DNA of 64,000 nt from Cyanophora paradoxa CCMP329 (lineage: Eukaryota; Plantae; Glaucophyta), in NCBI GenBank assembly GCA_004431415.1, contig QPMI01000609.1, positions 1 to 64,000 on the forward strand, in the 5' to 3' direction. Shown here piece after piece: positions 59,801 through 64,000 of the stretch. The notes beneath the pieces were generated by a model. That model saw only the letters and a program-made list of their open reading frames with translations. It made no database searches and was not told where the DNA came from. Positions within the stretch are counted from its first letter, which is position 1. Every line of letters starts with the position of its first letter. The position numbers and the translations under genes were made by a program.

Positions 59801-62800
59801 CCCGGGGCCCCGCCGCCAGCGCCCCACCGCTCGCTCCAGCGCCGTCTGCGTAAGGCGGGACGGGGCGGTCAGCCACGGAAAGGTACTCGGGTTCGAATCT
59901 ATGAACAATGCGCACGATGCGGGTCTCCTCGGCGCGCCGCTGCGCCTCCTCCATCGCCCGCCGCAGCGCCTCCTGCTCCGCCTGCCCCGCGCCCGCAAAG
60001 TTAGGGGAAAGAAAGAAAGCAAGGAGGAGAGCGATCGTTAAAGAAAGGGAGATCCTTAATAGACTATAGACTTCGGATAAAATATCAGGTTCGTTCTTAA
60101 TAGACTCCTTGCAGAGGGACGCGGACCATGAGCTCGGCGATGCGGACGTCGCGGGACCCGGCGGCCGAGCGCTCGCGCTCGCGCCGCCGCTCCGCGAGCT
60201 GCTCCCGCCACTCGTCGAAGCAATAGGCGAGCGATCCCTTCGCGATCCGCTGCGCCGCCCGCCGCGCCGCCGCCCGCGCGGCCTGGCGACCCGCCACGAA
60301 GGCCTTCCATGAGCCCCAGGCGCGCGCCAGGCCGCCCCGCTGCCACGTCGCCACCACGCGCGCCGCGAGCCGCTCGCGCTGCTCCGCGCCGCGCCGCCGC
60401 TGCTCCTCCAGCTGCGCCTCGACGCCCCGCAGCGCCTCCTGCAGCGACGAGAGCTCCCGGCCCTGCGATACGTTTTTAGCACAAGTTATCAAGGACCCGG
60501 CGATTTTAAACGGAGAGTTTATCAAGAGGGCTGCTTAGGCCGCGCCAGCAATTCAGGACTCTTTAGGCCGCGCCGCGGACTCTCTTTAACGCGATTTGAT
60601 CGAGCAATTCGAAACTGAGGGTCTGTTAAGCGGACCTTGGCCGCGCCGTCCGCCTGTTCTAATATTGCGATTTAAAGGAAAGTCTATTAAGGACCCGGCG
60701 ATTTTAAAGGAAGGGTATGTTAAGCGGACCTTGGCCTCGCCGTCCGCCTGCGCGGCGAGCAGCTCCGCCCGCCCCCGCTCCGCCCGCCGCTCGGCCAGCG
60801 CCTCGCGCCACCCGTCGAAGGCGACGGAGAGGGAGCCCTTCTGGAGCCGGGCGACGGCGCGGCGGAGGGCGGCGCGGCGGGCCCGCTCCTCCCCCGTGAA
60901 CTGGCGCCAGGCCGACCAGATGCCGGCCAGGCCGCCCCGCTGCCAGCGGAAGAGGACCTGCGAGCCGGTAAGCAATTTTCTATTATGGAAAGGTCCATTT
61001 CATCTAGAAGAATCCTATAAGGTCTTCCACTGTCTCGGACCTTGGCGAGGAGGTGCGCGCGGCGCTGCTCCTCGAGCGAGCGCTGCGCCTCGATGAGCGA
61101 CTCGCGCTCCCGCAGGCTCGCCCGCAGCTGCTCCACCAGCGCCGCCTGCTCCCGCGCCTCGCGCTCCGCGGCGCCCAGCGACTCGGCGCCGCGCTCCCGC
61201 AGGGACCGCGCCGTCTCGTCGCGCCACGCGTAGAAGGCGCCGGAGAGGGCCCGCCGCTGGAGCGCGCCGACGACGCGCCGCATGACGCCCTTCTGGCGGC
61301 GGCCCTCGGCGGCGTAGGCGCGCCAGGCCGACCACGCCTGCGCCAGGCCGCCCCGCTGCCACCGCGCCACGACGCGCGCCACCAGCTGCGAGCGGCGCGC
61401 CTCCTCCGCCTGCTCCTTCCGGAGGAGCGCGTCCTCCAGCCCTGCGCTTCCTTGTAAGCAAGAAAGGTCTGTTTCATCTAGAACCTAATAGGCAAAGAAC
61501 AGCAGCGCCAAGGTAGAAGGCGGGGCGGGGCGGGGCGGACCGGCGAGGGCGAGGCGCATGCGCTGGACCTCGGCGTCGCCCTGGGCCTGGGCGGCGCGCG
61601 TCGCCTGCAGCGTTCTCTCCGCCGCCTCGCGCCGCGCCTCCGCCAGCGCCTCGCGCCACCCGTCAAAGGCCGAGGAGAGCGAGCGCTGCTGCATGCGTCC
61701 CACGGCGCGGCGCGCGGCGGCGCGGGCGCGGCGGCTCTGCTCGGCGTAGCGGCGCCAGGAGGACCAGAAGGGTACGATGCTCTCCTGCTGCCAGCGGGCG
61801 AGGATGCGGGCGACCGCCTCGGCCTTGCGCTGCTCCGCGAAGGCCTTCTGCCGCTGAAGGACGTCCTCAAGGCCCGCCGCGAGGCCCCGCACCCGCTCCA
61901 GCTCCTGCCGGGGCCGTGAATCCCGACCTTAAAAGTGAAGTCCTTTAAAACGCACGGCAGCGCGGGCGGCGGCCTCGGCGCGGATCTCCTCGAGCTCGCG
62001 GCGGCCCTTCTCCTCGCGCTGCCGGGCCAGGGCGTCGCGCCACCCGTCGAAGGCGACGGAGAGGGACCCCTTCTGGAGCCGCGCGACGGCGCGGCGGAGC
62101 GTGGCGCGGCGGGCACGGCCCTCGGCCGCGAACTGGCGCCACGCGTTCCACGCGGTGGAGAGGCCGCCGCGCTGCCAGCGGGCGAGGGCGCGCCGCGCCG
62201 CCGCCTCGCGCAGGCGCGCGCGCTCGGCCTCCAGCCGCTCGCAGCGGGCGGCGAGGCCCTCGGACGAGGCCCGCCACCGCTCCAGGTCCGACGCCTGCGC
62301 CGCCGCCGCGTCCAGCGCCTGCGTGCGGAAATGTTGAGGAAATGTTGGGAAGAAGCGTTCAGTCAGAGGGTTTTCGCTTAAGAGTCCTCAAATTATCGAG
62401 GTAAACCAGGGAAGTTAGCTCCTTTAAGCAATCTTCCTCAAACGCTTATTAGTTTGAGATAAACTAGAGAAGTTAGCTTCTTTAAGTACTGTTTCGCCAT
62501 CGTTCTTAGGGCGCACGCGGCGGAGGCGGGACTCCTCGTCGGCGCGGCGCTCGGCGCGCCGCTCCGCCAGCGCCTCGCGCCACCCCTCGAAGGCCGCCGC
62601 CGCGAGGCCCGTCCGCAGGCGCGCCACCGCCCGGCGCCCCACCTGGATCCGAAGGCAGAGGCGGCCGGTCAGCTCAAGCAGAAGTGAGGGTGAGGGCTCT
62701 ACTCGCTCGCCTGCTTGAGGCGGGCCGCCTCGCCGGCGTGCTCGCGCCAGGCGCGGAAGGCGGAGGAGAGGCCGCGCTGCCGCCACGAGGCGACGACCCG

Positions 62801-64000
62801 CTCCACGAGCCGCTGCTTCCGCTGCTCCTCGTCCGCCTCGCGGCGCCGCACGACCTCCTCGAGGCGCACGCCGGCCGCCTCCAGCTCCCGCTCCAGCATG
62901 GACCGCGTCTGCCGCTCCGCCTTCAGCTCCGCCTCCAGCTCCGCGAGCCGGTTCCGGGCCTCGGCCAGGCCGTTCAGCGCCTCCTGCAGGTTGCCCCGCA
63001 GCGAGTCGTTCTCCTTGTCGGCGCGCGCCGCCGCCACGAGCCGCTGCCACGCGTCGAAGGCCCCGCTCAGCGTCCGCTGCCGCATCCGCTCCACGCACTT
63101 CCGCGCCACGACCTGCTCGGGTCCCTCAGGATTTCTCCTCTCATTCCCCTCCGACGGACGGACGCACCTTTCGGCGGGTCGCCTCTGCGGCGTGCTCGCG
63201 CCAGGCGACGAACGAGGCGCGGAGGGGGCCCCGTGCCCAGCGGGACAGCGCCCCCTCGAGGGCCCGAAGCCCTGCCTGCTGCTGCCTCGCCCGCTGCGCC
63301 GCCAGCAGCCGCGCCGCCCGCTCGCCCTCCGCGCTCAGCTCGGCCTCCCGCCCCGCCGCCTCCCGCTCGAGCCGCCCCAGCCGCTCCCCCGCGTCCCGCT
63401 CCAGCTGCCCGCCAAAGCCAAGTCAGCTCTAAAAATAGATCGGAGAGATGGTCCAAGGAGCTGTGCAAGGCACGCGTGTCTAGGCTTTGCTTGCACTCGG
63501 TGCTCTTTATCATCTCTAGAAACACATCGGAGAGATGGTCTAAGGTGGCTTAGGTGTGGCGGTAGAGCCGAGGCTGGGCTGCGCCCGACACACAAGTCTA
63601 GGCTGCTTTGCTCGCACTCGGTGCTGTTCATCACCTCTAATAACCGTCCCGGGCGGCAAGCGAGCGGGCGAACCTCCTGGATGCGGAGCTCTGCGTCCGA
63701 CAGGGCCGCCTCGGCGTGCTCGCGGCGGCCCTTCTCCCCCGCCAGCGCGATCTCCAGGCCCCGCATCGTCTCCTGCCGCCGCCGCACCAAAGAATAAGAT
63801 CGTAGATCTAGATTAGATCTCGCAGACATGCCGGACCTGGCGCCGCATCAGCTCCTTCTCCGACCAGTCCTCCGCCCGCGCCTTCCGCGCCGCCGTCGCC
63901 TCCTCCCGCCACGCCCCGAACGCCCGCCCCGCCTCCGCCTTCTCGAAGCGCCGCGTGGCGGCCTCGCCCCGGCGGCGGAGGTCCCGGCGGCGGCCCGCGA
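53836..64000 (-). CDS. Very large multi-exon coiled-coil protein with Sfi1-like (centrin-binding) repeats; 5' part outside the window
   Basis: Many L..A(F/W)..WR units (RAFGGWR, AAFSSWRE, VAFDGWRE, QAWSAWR, GAFYAWR, SAFRAWRE) between A/E/R-rich coiled coils. Confidence 0.75.

Noticed and set aside
54425-60004. Long + strand ORFs (699 aa, 526 aa) and similar R/A/P-rich ORFs elsewhere
   Set aside because: Antisense shadows of GC-rich coding sequence; low complexity with no domains.

Overview
GC-rich, intron-dense eukaryotic (protist/algal) genomic DNA. The style resembles a glaucophyte such as Cyanophora, but that is inference only. Host genes: TSNAXIP1-like, a two-domain membrane adenylyl cyclase, a CCHC-knuckle/RING gene, SMUG1, FAM32A, F-box/LRR, ankyrin, and a giant Sfi1-like coiled-coil gene. 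The main feature is a 25.6-kb intronless element (10846-36445) inserted into an exon of the cyclase. It has a CCTC target-site duplication, imperfect terminal inverted repeats (CTATC...GATAG), and the host frame is restored exactly when it is removed. Its interior is a scrambled mosaic of giant-virus (Nucleocytoviricota-like) genes and gene pieces. These include an A32 packaging ATPase split into halves on opposite strands, two separated D5 primase-helicase pieces, A16/G9- and L1-like entry proteins, kinase stubs, and Gly-rich and Cys-rich proteins. I recognise no capsid, polymerase or integrase. The same cyclase also carries a tRNA-derived, T-tailed SINE with a 16-bp TSD. A second, smaller rearranged island with a BAH-like gene follows. 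All family assignments are by motif recognition, not database search.
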